Source of the DNA: Bacteroidota bacterium
Lineage (GTDB): Bacteria > Bacteroidota > Bacteroidia > Bacteroidales > UBA10428
DNA length: 64,000 bases
Direction: 5' to 3'
NCBI GenBank assembly: GCA_016699695.1
Contig: CP065006.1
Span: 2,494,562 to 2,558,561 of the forward strand
Positions within the stretch are counted from its first letter, which is position 1, and each line of letters starts with the position of its first letter. Below, one piece after another: positions 1-10,081 of this stretch. The position numbers were made by a program, and so were the translations under genes. The notes beneath the pieces are model-generated. The model saw only the letters and a list, made by a program, of their open reading frames with translations. It searched no databases and was not told where the DNA came from.

Positions 1-287
1 ACTTCAAATTTTTCGAATTTATTGACCGTACGCCCCGACTTGTATCCAAATGTGCCTATAGTATCACGATCGGCATCCTGCTTTAAAACCGAAATGGAGA
101 AGGCTCCAGTAGCCGCAATAAGTCCGGCGGTAAAATTGTCTTTATTGCAGCAGGCAGCAATCTGGGGTGGTTCGGCGGTTACCTGAAAAACCGAATTGCT
201 GATAAACCCGTTACCACTTTCCTTGGTACCTGAAGATACCACGTACATACCATAACTTAATTTGAAGAGCGCATTAAAGTCTATCAT
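1..287 (-). CDS. Flavin reductase-like (FMN-binding) domain protein, N-terminal part; the 3' end lies outside the window
   Basis: Manual translation of the minus strand from ATG at 287..285 stays open to the window edge: MIDFNALFKLSYGMYVVSSGTKESGNGFISNSVFQVTAEPPQIAACCNKDNFTAGLI... This resembles flavin reductase family N-termini. It is absent from the ORF track because it is truncated. Confidence 0.55.
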   Translation of the reverse strand, partial: MIDFNALFKLSYGMYVVSSGTKESGNGFISNSVFQVTAEPPQIAACCNKDNFTAGLIAATGAFSISVLKQDADRDTIGTFGYKSGRTVNKFEKFE

Positions 288-523
288 TTTTTTGCTTTTA
301 TATGATGGGGATTAAAAATATGAATGTTTAGTGGCGATAAAAAGTAAGACCCTCTATTTAAAGGCATTCTAAATAATACTTATGAAAAGTCTATTATGAT
401 TCAATGAGCGTAACCTACAAAAAGAATAGGATAAGTAGTTAAAAAATTGTTAATGCGTTTGTTTTGTAGGGATGTTTGCCGAAAAGCCACTTAATTTGCA
501 TGATACAAAACAGATTATCTGCT

Positions 524-973
524 ATGAAAAACATTGTTTGCCCTATTTCATCCGAACGTATTCCTGAGCATCTACCCCGCATTACTGCCTTGTTTGTTAT
601 AAGCTTATTGCTAATTTATGTGGCTACCGGTTACACCCTTATTCTGGTATTTTTGCTGGCCGATTTCTTTGCAAGGGGATTTGGTTATGGGCGATTCAGT
701 TTGTTGAGCCATGCATCACGTGCCTTTTCCGATCGATTTGGTTTTAAGAGTAACCTGATTGACAAAGCACCTAAAATTTTTGCAGCCCGCCTGGGTTTAG
801 TGATGATAGCTGCAGCCTTGCTGCTGGCTCTAATCAACATTCAATCCGCTTCCTTTGCCATTGGAGCCATGCTTATATTTTTTGCCGGCCTCGAATGTGT
901 ATTTAATTTTTGTGTAGGCTGCTACGTGTATAGTTTATTTGTTTTGCCTTTTTTCACGAAACTAAACGATTAG
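524..973 (+). CDS. Small multi-pass membrane protein, DUF4395-like
   Basis: ORF 476..973. About four hydrophobic helices and a C-terminal Cys motif FNFCVGCYVY. ATG at 524 (MKNIVCPISSE...) is preferred over the TTG at 476. Confidence 0.6.
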   Translation: MKNIVCPISSERIPEHLPRITALFVISLLLIYVATGYTLILVFLLADFFARGFGYGRFSLLSHASRAFSDRFGFKSNLIDKAPKIFAARLGLVMIAAALLLALINIQSASFAIGAMLIFFAGLECVFNFCVGCYVYSLFVLPFFTKLND

Positions 974-1040
974 GTTTACAAACCACTGCGAATTCTATCT
1001 GATTCAACACCATCGACGAAGAAATTGTTCCAGTGAATTA

Positions 1041-1067
1041 CCCGGTTCGAGCAACCGGGTTTTTTTG
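1041..1067 (+). terminator. Rho-independent terminator
   Basis: cccggtt-cgagc-aaccggg hairpin followed by a T7 run. Confidence 0.75.
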
Positions 1068-1145
1068 TTATTAAAAACAGGAGTTCATCGGTGCAGGCAT
1101 TCTTAAAATCACTTTTCTTTGCAGCATAGAAATGATTTTTACTGT

Positions 1146-2120
1146 ATGAAAAAAATACTGGCGGTTGTTACAGGAGGAAACTCATCGGAGTATGTGATTT
1201 CGGTGAAGAGTGCCGATACCATCATGGAAAACATCAACAAGAACCGTTTTGAGGCCTACCGGGTTGAGATTAAAGGTTCCGACTGGCAGGTGCTCACAAC
1301 AAATGGGCTTATGGTTTCTGTTGATAAGAATGACTTTTCTTTTACTACAAGCCAACAAAAAGTCAGGTTCGATGCCGCCCTGATCATGATCCACGGCGAC
1401 CCGGGCGAAGACGGGAAACTACAGGGCTATTTCGATATGCTTGGCATCCCCTATACTTCCTCTAATCTGCTAAGCTCAGCTGCAACTTTTAGCAAACACT
1501 TTACAAAACAATACCTGAAGAGTTACGGAATTCTCTCGGCCGACTGGATCCTGCTAAGTCAGAGCCTGGGCTACAAACTCGAAGAAATTCCGGTAAATAT
1601 TGGCTTCCCCTGTTTTGTGAAGCCTAACAATGCGGGTTCCAGTTTTGGAGTGAGTAAAGTAAATAGTTTTGATCAACTACAGGATGCCGTGCAAAAAGCC
1701 ATGACCGAAGACGATGAGGTTTTGGTTGAAAAGATGATTACCGGTACAGAAATTACCTGTGGGGTGTTACGCACCTCAAAATCGGCCTACACTTTTCCGA
1801 TAACAGAAATAGTGAGCAAAAACGGATTTTTCGATTACGAAGCCAAATACACCGATGGCCTGGCCGAAGAGATTATTCCTGCACGCATTGACAAAGAGAT
1901 TGCGCAACGCTGCCAACAACTCTCGTTGCGTATTTACGATTTATTTCATTGTAAATGGTTTGCCCGTGTCGATTATATCATTTCCGGTGAAGAGCTTTAT
2001 TTGCTCGAAATCAACACTATACCCGGAATGAGTAAGCAAAGTATAATACCCAAAATGGTGCGTGCCCAAGGTCTTGATTTGAAGGAAATAATGGAAGAGA
2101 TTTTGTCTGACCTTTTTTAA
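1146..2120 (+). CDS. ddl: D-alanine--D-alanine ligase
   Basis: ORF 1119..2120. ATG at 1146 gives MKKILAVVTGGNSSEYVISVKSA. ATP-grasp motifs present (CFVKPNNAGSSFGVSKV, LLEINTIPGMS). Confidence 0.9.
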   Translation: MKKILAVVTGGNSSEYVISVKSADTIMENINKNRFEAYRVEIKGSDWQVLTTNGLMVSVDKNDFSFTTSQQKVRFDAALIMIHGDPGEDGKLQGYFDMLGIPYTSSNLLSSAATFSKHFTKQYLKSYGILSADWILLSQSLGYKLEEIPVNIGFPCFVKPNNAGSSFGVSKVNSFDQLQDAVQKAMTEDDEVLVEKMITGTEITCGVLRTSKSAYTFPITEIVSKNGFFDYEAKYTDGLAEEIIPARIDKEIAQRCQQLSLRIYDLFHCKWFARVDYIISGEELYLLEINTIPGMSKQSIIPKMVRAQGLDLKEIMEEILSDLF

Positions 2121-2218
2121 CACTATTTGCCGGAAAGGTTTGATTTTTCAAACTTTACACCTAACTTCAAAATCCTTAAGTTGCGGAGGCCTTCAATTCA
2201 TTCCGGAAATAGAATCAC

Positions 2219-5143
2219 ATGCTTTTGTACAGACTGAAATTTCTGGTCATTATTCTAGCGGTTGTCTATCCGCAATGCTCCTTTGCACAAAAGGTAAAAA
2301 TCGAAACTTTGCTGGAGCAGGGAAACCGGTTGTTGAACAACACGGACAATGCACAATCCAGAGCCAAATACGATAGTGCATTCATCCTGGCTAAAGAGGG
2401 CAATTTTTCTCATTATCAGATTTTAAGTCATTATAAGTCCGGTTACAGTTATTTGCAGCAAGATATGGCATTTCTTGCTCTGGCGCATTTTTCCGATTTA
2501 TTGATGAGCAATAGTCCTGCCACAGCGGCCGACTCTGCCTTGTATGCACTTGCCAGCCTCGAAGAAATGGCAATTACACGAGTGGCAATTGTGTATCCCG
2601 AGAAATATTATCAATTGATAAGGGACTTTTCGTCTACTTTCCAGTTCCTTAAAGGAAGTGAACTAAGGAGAAAGGTATTTCTTTGTGGTGAAATCGAATT
2701 TCATCAGCTCAATTACGAACAGGCTCGTCTTCATTACCGAAAGGCACTCGAAATAAATTCGACCGATACCTATCTCGAAGAGATGCTTTGGTTCAAATTA
2801 AGTCTGGTTTATACCAAATTGTACGATACCGACAGGGCAAGAGAATGCCTCGATTTCCTTCTCTCCAGGAAATCAAAGTTTCTGAATCAATCGAAGATCT
2901 ATTACAATGCGGGTATGCTGCAATACAACAACCAACAGTTTACGGAGGCAATCAAATACCTTCAGAACGGTCTGCTGTTTACACTCGATCCAAATGCGCG
3001 AATATCGATGCTCCTTATTCTGGGGCACTCGTATATGGAACTCAAGAATTCCTCTAAAGCAAAAAGCTATTATAATCGTGCAATGCAGGAGTTAAATAAA
3101 AAAGGGGTATTGCAGGAATATAAACTCTCGGTACTTAATTCCTTCGGATGGTATTACAGTGAAATGAACGATGCTGATTCACTTCTCTATTATTACAAAA
3201 ATGCATCTGGTTTTGCGCTGGAAGACAATTCCTTGGCGGAGTACCAGGCTTATACAGTCAAGGGACTTAACGAATACTATTTAGCCAATGGGATGTATCA
3301 AAAATCTCTTGCAACGATTGAAAATTTTCTGTATGCCCGAAATAGCGAAAACTATCACTATTTGCAGAAACTCAATATTCAGTTGCTCAACCAAATATTG
3401 GCTGATGAGGCAACTGCCAATTTTAAGCTATGGATGGAAGATTCTGAAAAGATCAAACCACTTTTAAATTCATACAAGCTAATCAACCAGGTTGTAAGAA
3501 ACACTGTAAAATCTTACAATGCTTTAACAGAAGATAAAACAAAACTGGTATACCTTTCGCACTTAAGGTTTTACCTCGATGGGGCGTATACGATTGGATA
3601 TGAATTGTTTTCGACCACTGGAGAAAAAAAATACCTCGAGGAACTTATCCATCTTTCTGAATTGAACAAGGCTATTGTGCTTAAGGCAAACTCGCAAAGA
3701 ACCCAGGCAATTAAGCTTGTTGACATGCCTGAATCCTTGCGAAGTTTTGAGTCGGATCTCAGAAAAAAAATTATACGGCTCGAATATTACCTGGGCGGTC
3801 AAAAAGAAACACCTCTGGATTCGTTGTTGAGTAACGAAATCAGAATTCAACTAACTATTCTTCGTACCAGGTATGACTCCCTGAATCATATACTTGAGGA
3901 GAGATTTCCAGGGATACTTTCCAACAAGCTGAAGGAGAGGAATTTTGATTTATCACAATTGCAAGAGTCGTTGGAATCCAACCAATTGGTGATTAGTTAT
4001 TTTTTTTCCAATTACCAGGGTAAAAGATTATACATTCAGAGTATAAGCCAGGATACTCTGGCCGTTAGTGAAGTTAAAGATGTCGAAGGCTTGGGTCAGG
4101 ATATTCTTGAATTCAGAAGTCATTTGCTAGAAACCCATCCGGGATATTCGCGGGAGACTAATATGGATGAATTCGTTGATCGGTCATTTGGTATTTATGC
4201 TATTATCTTGGAGCCAATAAAGAAGCTGATTGGTGAAAAAAGGTTAGTGATTCTTCCCGATGCCGAATTGCATCTGGTACCATTCGATCTTCTCCTTACC
4301 CAAAAAGAAACTACAACCGGAAAGGGTTATAAGGATTTGCCTTATTTAATGAAAAGTTGCCCGATAACCTACCTAAATACCCTTGAACAGCTATTGGTTT
4401 CACCCGGGCAGATTTCCAGACGAAGTACGCTGGTAGGTTTTGCTCCTGAATATTCGAATAAGCTTGCAGATTCAAACTCTTTTTCCCTATGCCCATTACC
4501 CGGAGCCGAAGAAGAAATTTCTTATGCCAGAGGCTTTTTTAAGGGTCGGAAATTCAGTAAAACCAAAGCAAGTAAAGAAAATTTTTTCAAAAAAGCTCCC
4601 CAGGGCCAACTTCTTCATCTGGCATTGCATACGGAGGTTTCTGATATCGATCCTATGTATAGCCGAATGTACTTCAGCGGATCAGAAAGAGATTCGACTA
4701 ATCAAATGTTTAGTTATGAGCTTTATGGCAGGGCTTTCAATTCTAAACTTGTGGTGTTAAGCGGATGCAATACAGGTTCGGGAAACCTTGTTACTGGCGA
4801 AGGACTGATGAATATGTCAAGGGCTTTTTTCAATATGGGGGTGTTAAACCTTATAGTTACTCAATGGGCCGTAGCTGACAGGTCGAGTGCCCGTCTGATG
4901 TATTATTATTACCGCGCACTTTCGAAGGGTAGTTCCAGCGACAGGGCCTTGCAGCAGGCTAAAATTGATTTTTTAAACTACGAAGATCCCCTTTTTCACC
5001 ACCCATATTATTGGGCTGGGTACGTTTCTTTAGGTAATCCTGTAGTATATAAGGGGTTAAATATCCGATTAATTGGGTGGATCACCCCACTTGTTTTTTT
5101 GTTGTTGCTACTTCTTCTAATTCGCTGGCATCTGCGCAGGTAA
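2219..5143 (+). CDS. Signal-peptide TPR-repeat / CHAT domain (caspase-like) protein with a C-terminal membrane anchor
   Basis: 974 aa. N-terminal signal peptide MLLYRLKFLVIILAVVYPQCSFA/QK and a long TPR-like helical repeat region. CHAT His/Cys dyad context LHLALHTEV ... VLSGCNTGSG. C-terminal TM LIGWITPLVFLLLLLLLIRW. Confidence 0.85.
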   Translation: MLLYRLKFLVIILAVVYPQCSFAQKVKIETLLEQGNRLLNNTDNAQSRAKYDSAFILAKEGNFSHYQILSHYKSGYSYLQQDMAFLALAHFSDLLMSNSPATAADSALYALASLEEMAITRVAIVYPEKYYQLIRDFSSTFQFLKGSELRRKVFLCGEIEFHQLNYEQARLHYRKALEINSTDTYLEEMLWFKLSLVYTKLYDTDRARECLDFLLSRKSKFLNQSKIYYNAGMLQYNNQQFTEAIKYLQNGLLFTLDPNARISMLLILGHSYMELKNSSKAKSYYNRAMQELNKKGVLQEYKLSVLNSFGWYYSEMNDADSLLYYYKNASGFALEDNSLAEYQAYTVKGLNEYYLANGMYQKSLATIENFLYARNSENYHYLQKLNIQLLNQILADEATANFKLWMEDSEKIKPLLNSYKLINQVVRNTVKSYNALTEDKTKLVYLSHLRFYLDGAYTIGYELFSTTGEKKYLEELIHLSELNKAIVLKANSQRTQAIKLVDMPESLRSFESDLRKKIIRLEYYLGGQKETPLDSLLSNEIRIQLTILRTRYDSLNHILEERFPGILSNKLKERNFDLSQLQESLESNQLVISYFFSNYQGKRLYIQSISQDTLAVSEVKDVEGLGQDILEFRSHLLETHPGYSRETNMDEFVDRSFGIYAIILEPIKKLIGEKRLVILPDAELHLVPFDLLLTQKETTTGKGYKDLPYLMKSCPITYLNTLEQLLVSPGQISRRSTLVGFAPEYSNKLADSNSFSLCPLPGAEEEISYARGFFKGRKFSKTKASKENFFKKAPQGQLLHLALHTEVSDIDPMYSRMYFSGSERDSTNQMFSYELYGRAFNSKLVVLSGCNTGSGNLVTGEGLMNMSRAFFNMGVLNLIVTQWAVADRSSARLMYYYYRALSKGSSSDRALQQAKIDFLNYEDPLFHHPYYWAGYVSLGNPVVYKGLNIRLIGWITPLVFLLLLLLLIRWHLRR

Positions 5144-5162
5144 GGATTAATGCCTGGTGTTA

Positions 5163-5876
5163 TCAGAAATACCTGCTCAATATTTTTTCCGATCGTTCAG
5201 TGTAAAAATTGGTCGATGAAGAAAGGATATTTAAATAGGGTTTGGCAAGATAGGGCTTGTTAGCTTTTAGGTAGAGCAAACTTAAGTACCATTTGGCATG
5301 CATCGAGTAGGCATAATCTCCTTCCTGGTCTATTATCAATAGCAATTCTTCTGCTTGTTGCGGTTTGTTAAGCTCAAGTGCACAAAGTGCTTGGTAGAAA
5401 ATGCCGATAGAATGGTTACATACTTCTTTGTTGTAGTTTTCGAGCATGGAAAAGGCAAATTGATAATCGCCATTGGCATAAAGCTGAATTCCGAGGTCGA
5501 GTCCGCTCATTTGATTGGCATGTGCAGAACGCGTTGAAAGATCGATTGCATAGGGTGTATAGTATTTGTTAAAAGCTTTTTCTAATTTGTTGCCAGAAGT
5601 GAGTGCGACAATACTAAAAAGTAAAACCAAAGAGGCAGCAGCGGCTATCGCCATTCGTGTGAAATGCTTTCTTTTTGAGCCTTGGGTTATCAGGTGTCTT
5701 AATTGTTCTCTCAAGGAATTAGCATCTTCGTCTCGAATGCTTTCATTCACCTCACTCACAAAGGCAGCCTCTTGAGCCAGTTTTTCATTCTTTTTAAGTT
5801 CTGCTTTAAACACTTCTTTTTGGTCCTCGTGAAGGGTGCCATCAAGAAAATCTTCAATTGTTTCAAAATTTTTCAT
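5163..5876 (-). CDS. Putative anti-sigma factor: single-pass membrane protein with a periplasmic TPR-like domain
   Basis: 237 aa. Its start overlaps the stop of the upstream sigma gene by 14 nt. Charged cytoplasmic N-terminus, one TM (MAIAAAASLVLLFSIVALT), TPR-like C-terminal half. There is no zf-HC2 cysteine motif, so the function is inferred from position and topology. Confidence 0.55.
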   Translation of the reverse strand: MKNFETIEDFLDGTLHEDQKEVFKAELKKNEKLAQEAAFVSEVNESIRDEDANSLREQLRHLITQGSKRKHFTRMAIAAAASLVLLFSIVALTSGNKLEKAFNKYYTPYAIDLSTRSAHANQMSGLDLGIQLYANGDYQFAFSMLENYNKEVCNHSIGIFYQALCALELNKPQQAEELLLIIDQEGDYAYSMHAKWYLSLLYLKANKPYLAKPYLNILSSSTNFYTERSEKILSRYF

Positions 5877-6447
5877 AACCTAATTCCCGGAATTGATTTG
5901 AATTTCTAATTTTTTCTAACAACGCATTCTTGCAAGTATATTTTTTTTTCTTGGTATAATCGTCTGAGCCATAACCCATAAATCTGGTTATTTCGCTCAT
6001 TGGGGTTCCCTGGTAAAAGAGTCTCAATACTTTTTTGCAATCTTCCCCTAATTCATCAAATTTGCTACGATACAGTCTTAATCTATCGTTTTTTTCAATG
6101 GTATAAAGAATATTGCTGTGTTCATCAATTGTATCGTAACTTTCGGCATAAATAGGTTTCAACCTTCTGTTTTCAAGCTCTTTCAACCACATTAGTTTTG
6201 CAATGGAATATACAAATGTAGTAAGAGAACTGGTAAGTATAAACCCAGGTTCCTGAACCTTTCTGAACAGTACAATAATCGACTCTTGTATAATATCGTT
6301 GGCATCGTCCAGCGTACCGTTGTTGCAAATAACATAATGCTTTACCGGTTTCGAACACTGATCAAGAATATACTTCAATACCTTATTGTTCTTTTCTTGT
6401 AAGCCAAGTAGAAGGGATTCGTTGGTATATTCTTTTTTTGTGCCCAA
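5863..6447 (-). CDS. RNA polymerase sigma-70 family (ECF-type) sigma factor
   Basis: 194 aa. Region 2-like DIIQESIIVLFRKV...FVYSIAKLMWLKELENRR and region 4 HTH LRLFYQGTPMSEITRFMGY. Confidence 0.8.
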   Translation of the reverse strand: MGTKKEYTNESLLLGLQEKNNKVLKYILDQCSKPVKHYVICNNGTLDDANDIIQESIIVLFRKVQEPGFILTSSLTTFVYSIAKLMWLKELENRRLKPIYAESYDTIDEHSNILYTIEKNDRLRLYRSKFDELGEDCKKVLRLFYQGTPMSEITRFMGYGSDDYTKKKKYTCKNALLEKIRNSNQFRELGYEKF

Positions 6448-6522
6448 TGGATTAATTCTGAATAAGCAAAGAAAGTAACCTTTTTTAGGCTACTTTCTTC
6501 AATATGAGCTAAAAATAATACC

Positions 6523-9387
6523 TTATTTCGAATATTCCAGAGGAGAAGGACAGGTACATATCAAATTGCGGTCGCCATAGGCATCGTCGATGCGTGCTAC
6601 CGACGACCAAAATTTATTCTCTTTCAGCCAGGGTAAAGGAAAGGCAGCTTTCTCTCTTGAATACCTGTGACTCCATGCATCGGCGGTGACTTCATCTTGT
6701 GTGTGAGGGGCATTCACCAGTGGGTTGTCGGGGTTGCTGTCACCGGCAGCATCCTGTATTTCGTGGTAAATACTTACCAGTGCTTCAATAAAACGATCCA
6801 GCTCTTCTTTCGATTCACTTTCGGTAGGTTCTATCATGAGGGTGCCGTGCACAGGGAATGATAGGGTAGGTGCATGAAAGCCGTAATCAATAAGCCTTTT
6901 GGCTATGTCGGTTTCAGTGATTTGGCTCGAGGATTTAAATCCACGGCAATCGAGTATCATTTCATGAGCTACATAGCCTGTTGTACCCGTATACAGTACC
7001 GGATAGTATGGTTTTAATTTTGTCGCAAGGTAATTGGCATTTAATATGGCTATTTTCGTAGAAAGTGTCAAACCATCGCCACCAAGCAAATGGCAATATG
7101 CGTGCGAGATTGTCAAGATACTGGCACTGCCGTATGGAGCTGAAGCTACAGCCTTTATGCCGTTTACTCCACCCGTTTGTACAACGGGGTGTGTAGGCAG
7201 AAATTCTACAAGGTGGCTGGCAACGCAGATAGGCCCCATTCCGGGTCCGCCGCCACCATGCGGAATAGCAAAAGTTTTATGCAGGTTCAAATGGCAAACG
7301 TCGGCTCCAATTGCGGCCGGACTTGTTAGCCCAACTTGAGCGTTCATATTGGCACCATCCATATATACCTGACCTCCATGCTGGTGAACCAGTTTGATCA
7401 TCTCTTTGATGGTAGGCTCGAAAACACCATGCGTTGAAGGATAGGTAATCATAATACCTGCCAGCTTTTCGCTGTACTCCAGCACTCTGTTACTTAAATC
7501 GTTTTGGTCAATGTTTCCCTGTTCGTCGCACTTTACAACAATTACTTCCATACCTGCCATTACTGCGCTGGCAGGGTTGGTGCCGTGTGCCGAAGAAGGG
7601 ATTAGCATGATGTTTCGATACCCCTGTTTATTGGCCTGATGGTATTTCCGAATTACAAGCAATCCTGCATATTCACCGGCTGCTCCGGAGTTAGGTTGAA
7701 ATGAAATGGCTTCGAATCCGGTAATTTTTAGCAACATTTTGCCAAGTTCGTGAAACAACTGTTGGTATCCTTCGGTCTGGTCGATGGGGGCAAAGGGATG
7801 GATTTCGCCAAATTCCGGCCAGCTCAAGGGAAGCATTTCTACGGCTGCATTCAGTTTCATAGTGCAGGAGCCAAGCGATATCATAGAATGAGTGAGCGAA
7901 ATATCGCGACGCTCGAGTTTTTTGATGTATCGCATCAATTGGGTTTCGGAACGGTATTGGTTAAAGACAGGCTGCTGCATGTAATTGTCTGTGCGCAGGA
8001 ATTCTTTCGAAAGCCAGGTTTTATTTTCGAATTCCTGAATATTTCCGAACTTCTTCTTCTTAGTGGCAGCAAATACCTCCAACAGGTTGTTCAGATCGGC
8101 TATACTGGTGGTTTCATCGAGACTTATACCCACATCTCCATTTTCAAAATAGCGAAGGTTTATTTCTTGTTCAAGGGCATGAATCCTTATGTCTTTTTGG
8201 GTAATTCCTTGTGTAAGCCTTATCCGCAAAGTATCGAAATAGTTAGTGTATACGTTGATGAAACCCAGCTCAATAAGTCTGGAGCAAAGGGTGCCGGCGG
8301 CCTGGTGGCAATGAAGGGCAATACGTTTAAGACCTTCGGGCCCATGGTATATTGTGTACATCCCAGCCATGGTGGCCAAGAGTGCCTGTGCAGTACATAT
8401 ATTCGAAGTAGCTCTCTCTCTCTTAATGTGTTGTTCGCGCGTTTGAAGCGCCATGCGTAAGGCTGTTTTTCCACTTTTATCTTTCGACACCCCAATAATT
8501 CTTCCGGGCATAAAGCGTTTAAATTCATCTTTTGTTGCAAAATAGGCAGCATGTGGACCTCCAAAACCCATCGGGATACCAAATCGCTGTGTCGAACCCA
8601 CTGCCACATCAGCACCTAAATCAGCAGGCGAACGCAGCAATACAAGGCTCATGCAGTCTGCAGCCAGCACCACGCGTGCTCCAAAAGCATGCATCTGGTT
8701 GATAAAATCTTCGTAATTAATTACCTCACCATCGCCCGAGGGGTATTGAAGAAAAGCCCCAAATAGTTTTGGTGTTGGCGTGAAGGTCTGGAAGTTGCCT
8801 ACAATTATTTTAATACCGAGGGGTTCTGCCCTGCTTTCGAGCACAGCCAGGTTTTGCGGAAATATATTTTTATCGACAAAAAATTCATTGTAATCTTCCT
8901 GCATCATTTTTCGTGGCCGTGCGTTATGGAGCATAATCATGGCTTCGGCAACGGCAGTAGCTTCGTCGAGCAAGGAGGCATTGGCTATTTCAAAACCGGT
9001 AAGTTCAGTAATGGCAGTTTGAAAATTTAACAATGCTTCCAGCCGGCCTTGCGATATCTCTGCCTGGTAAGGTGTGTAAGATGTGTACCAGCTTGGATTC
9101 TCGAGAATATTTCGCTGTATGGCCGCAGGGAAAACGGTGTGGTGGTATCCGGTGCCTATGTATGATTTGAATACTTTATTCTTCGAAGCAAGTTTTTTTA
9201 TGCTTTTAAAATACTCGTATTCGTTTACACCTTTAGGTAAGTCTAGCGGGCCTTTTAAACGAATAGTGGCGGGTATGATTTTTTCAATGAGTTGGTCGAG
9301 AGACTTAAGACCCATTTCACCAAGCATTTGGTCTACATCCCATTCACGTGGCCCTAAATGCCGATGAACAAAATTTTCTGCTGCCAT
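6523..9387 (-). CDS. gcvP: Glycine dehydrogenase (aminomethyl-transferring), single-chain P-protein
   Basis: 954 aa full-length P-protein. PLP-lysine motif HLNLHKTFAIPHGGGGPG. Confidence 0.95.
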   Translation of the reverse strand: MAAENFVHRHLGPREWDVDQMLGEMGLKSLDQLIEKIIPATIRLKGPLDLPKGVNEYEYFKSIKKLASKNKVFKSYIGTGYHHTVFPAAIQRNILENPSWYTSYTPYQAEISQGRLEALLNFQTAITELTGFEIANASLLDEATAVAEAMIMLHNARPRKMMQEDYNEFFVDKNIFPQNLAVLESRAEPLGIKIIVGNFQTFTPTPKLFGAFLQYPSGDGEVINYEDFINQMHAFGARVVLAADCMSLVLLRSPADLGADVAVGSTQRFGIPMGFGGPHAAYFATKDEFKRFMPGRIIGVSKDKSGKTALRMALQTREQHIKRERATSNICTAQALLATMAGMYTIYHGPEGLKRIALHCHQAAGTLCSRLIELGFINVYTNYFDTLRIRLTQGITQKDIRIHALEQEINLRYFENGDVGISLDETTSIADLNNLLEVFAATKKKKFGNIQEFENKTWLSKEFLRTDNYMQQPVFNQYRSETQLMRYIKKLERRDISLTHSMISLGSCTMKLNAAVEMLPLSWPEFGEIHPFAPIDQTEGYQQLFHELGKMLLKITGFEAISFQPNSGAAGEYAGLLVIRKYHQANKQGYRNIMLIPSSAHGTNPASAVMAGMEVIVVKCDEQGNIDQNDLSNRVLEYSEKLAGIMITYPSTHGVFEPTIKEMIKLVHQHGGQVYMDGANMNAQVGLTSPAAIGADVCHLNLHKTFAIPHGGGGPGMGPICVASHLVEFLPTHPVVQTGGVNGIKAVASAPYGSASILTISHAYCHLLGGDGLTLSTKIAILNANYLATKLKPYYPVLYTGTTGYVAHEMILDCRGFKSSSQITETDIAKRLIDYGFHAPTLSFPVHGTLMIEPTESESKEELDRFIEALVSIYHEIQDAAGDSNPDNPLVNAPHTQDEVTADAWSHRYSREKAAFPLPWLKENKFWSSVARIDDAYGDRNLICTCPSPLEYSK

Positions 9388-9430
9388 TTTAGTTTTATCA
9401 GTTATATGTCGACAAATTTTTTAATTATTC

Positions 9431-10069
9431 TCAGATGAGGAAAGGATTTGTATCATGTTCTGCTCCAATTGTGGTGCTTGGGCCATGTCCGCTGTAAACA
9501 TTCGTTTCGGGTGGCAGGGTAAGTAGTTTTTGTTTAATGCCACTAATCAAACTATCGTAATCTCCTCCAGGCAAATCGGTTCGTCCGATAGAACTTCTAA
9601 ATAAAATATCGCCCACAATAACAAATTTATCCGCCGCCGAATAAAATGCCAATCCACCAGGTGAATGACCAGGTATATGCATCACCTGCAATGTATGCTT
9701 TCCGATTTCAATCCGGTCCGACTCATCAATGTATTGGTTAATTACCGGAGTTTCGTCAAAAGCGAGACCAAACATTTCGGCAGTAATCCGGGCCGAAGAA
9801 AGCAACAACTCCTCATTACGATGCATTTTGAAAGGGATTTTAAGATCCTTTACCATGCGGCTTACACCAAGGAGGTGATCCACATGCCCATGTGTATTTA
9901 CAACAGCGGTGAGTTTTATTTTTTTTTCCTTCAGATAAGCCTTCAGTTGTGCGTATTCCGTTTCTGTTTCGAAAGAGGGGTCAATTATAATACCTGTACC
10001 AGTTTCATCGGTAAGCAGATAGGTATTTACCTGAAAACTATTGAAAACAAAATATTTGAGTGTAATCAT
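9431..10069 (-). CDS. MBL-fold metallo-hydrolase (glyoxalase II-like)
   Basis: 212 aa with the HGHVDH metal-binding motif and downstream His/Asp ligands. Confidence 0.85.
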   Translation of the reverse strand: MITLKYFVFNSFQVNTYLLTDETGTGIIIDPSFETETEYAQLKAYLKEKKIKLTAVVNTHGHVDHLLGVSRMVKDLKIPFKMHRNEELLLSSARITAEMFGLAFDETPVINQYIDESDRIEIGKHTLQVMHIPGHSPGGLAFYSAADKFVIVGDILFRSSIGRTDLPGGDYDSLISGIKQKLLTLPPETNVYSGHGPSTTIGAEHDTNPFLI

Positions 10070-10081
10070 ATTGTTATTGGA

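Noticed and set aside
7750-8460. 236-aa plus-strand ORF (and several 60-130-aa ORFs) inside gcvP
   Set aside because: It is antisense to a confidently identified 954-aa conserved gene. The sequences are low-complexity with no recognisable motifs, which is typical of shadow ORFs.
9388-9430. Glycine riboswitch upstream of gcvP
   Set aside because: Only 43 nt separate gcvP from the upstream MBL-hydrolase gene, which is too short for the riboswitch, and no conserved glycine-aptamer sequence is visible.
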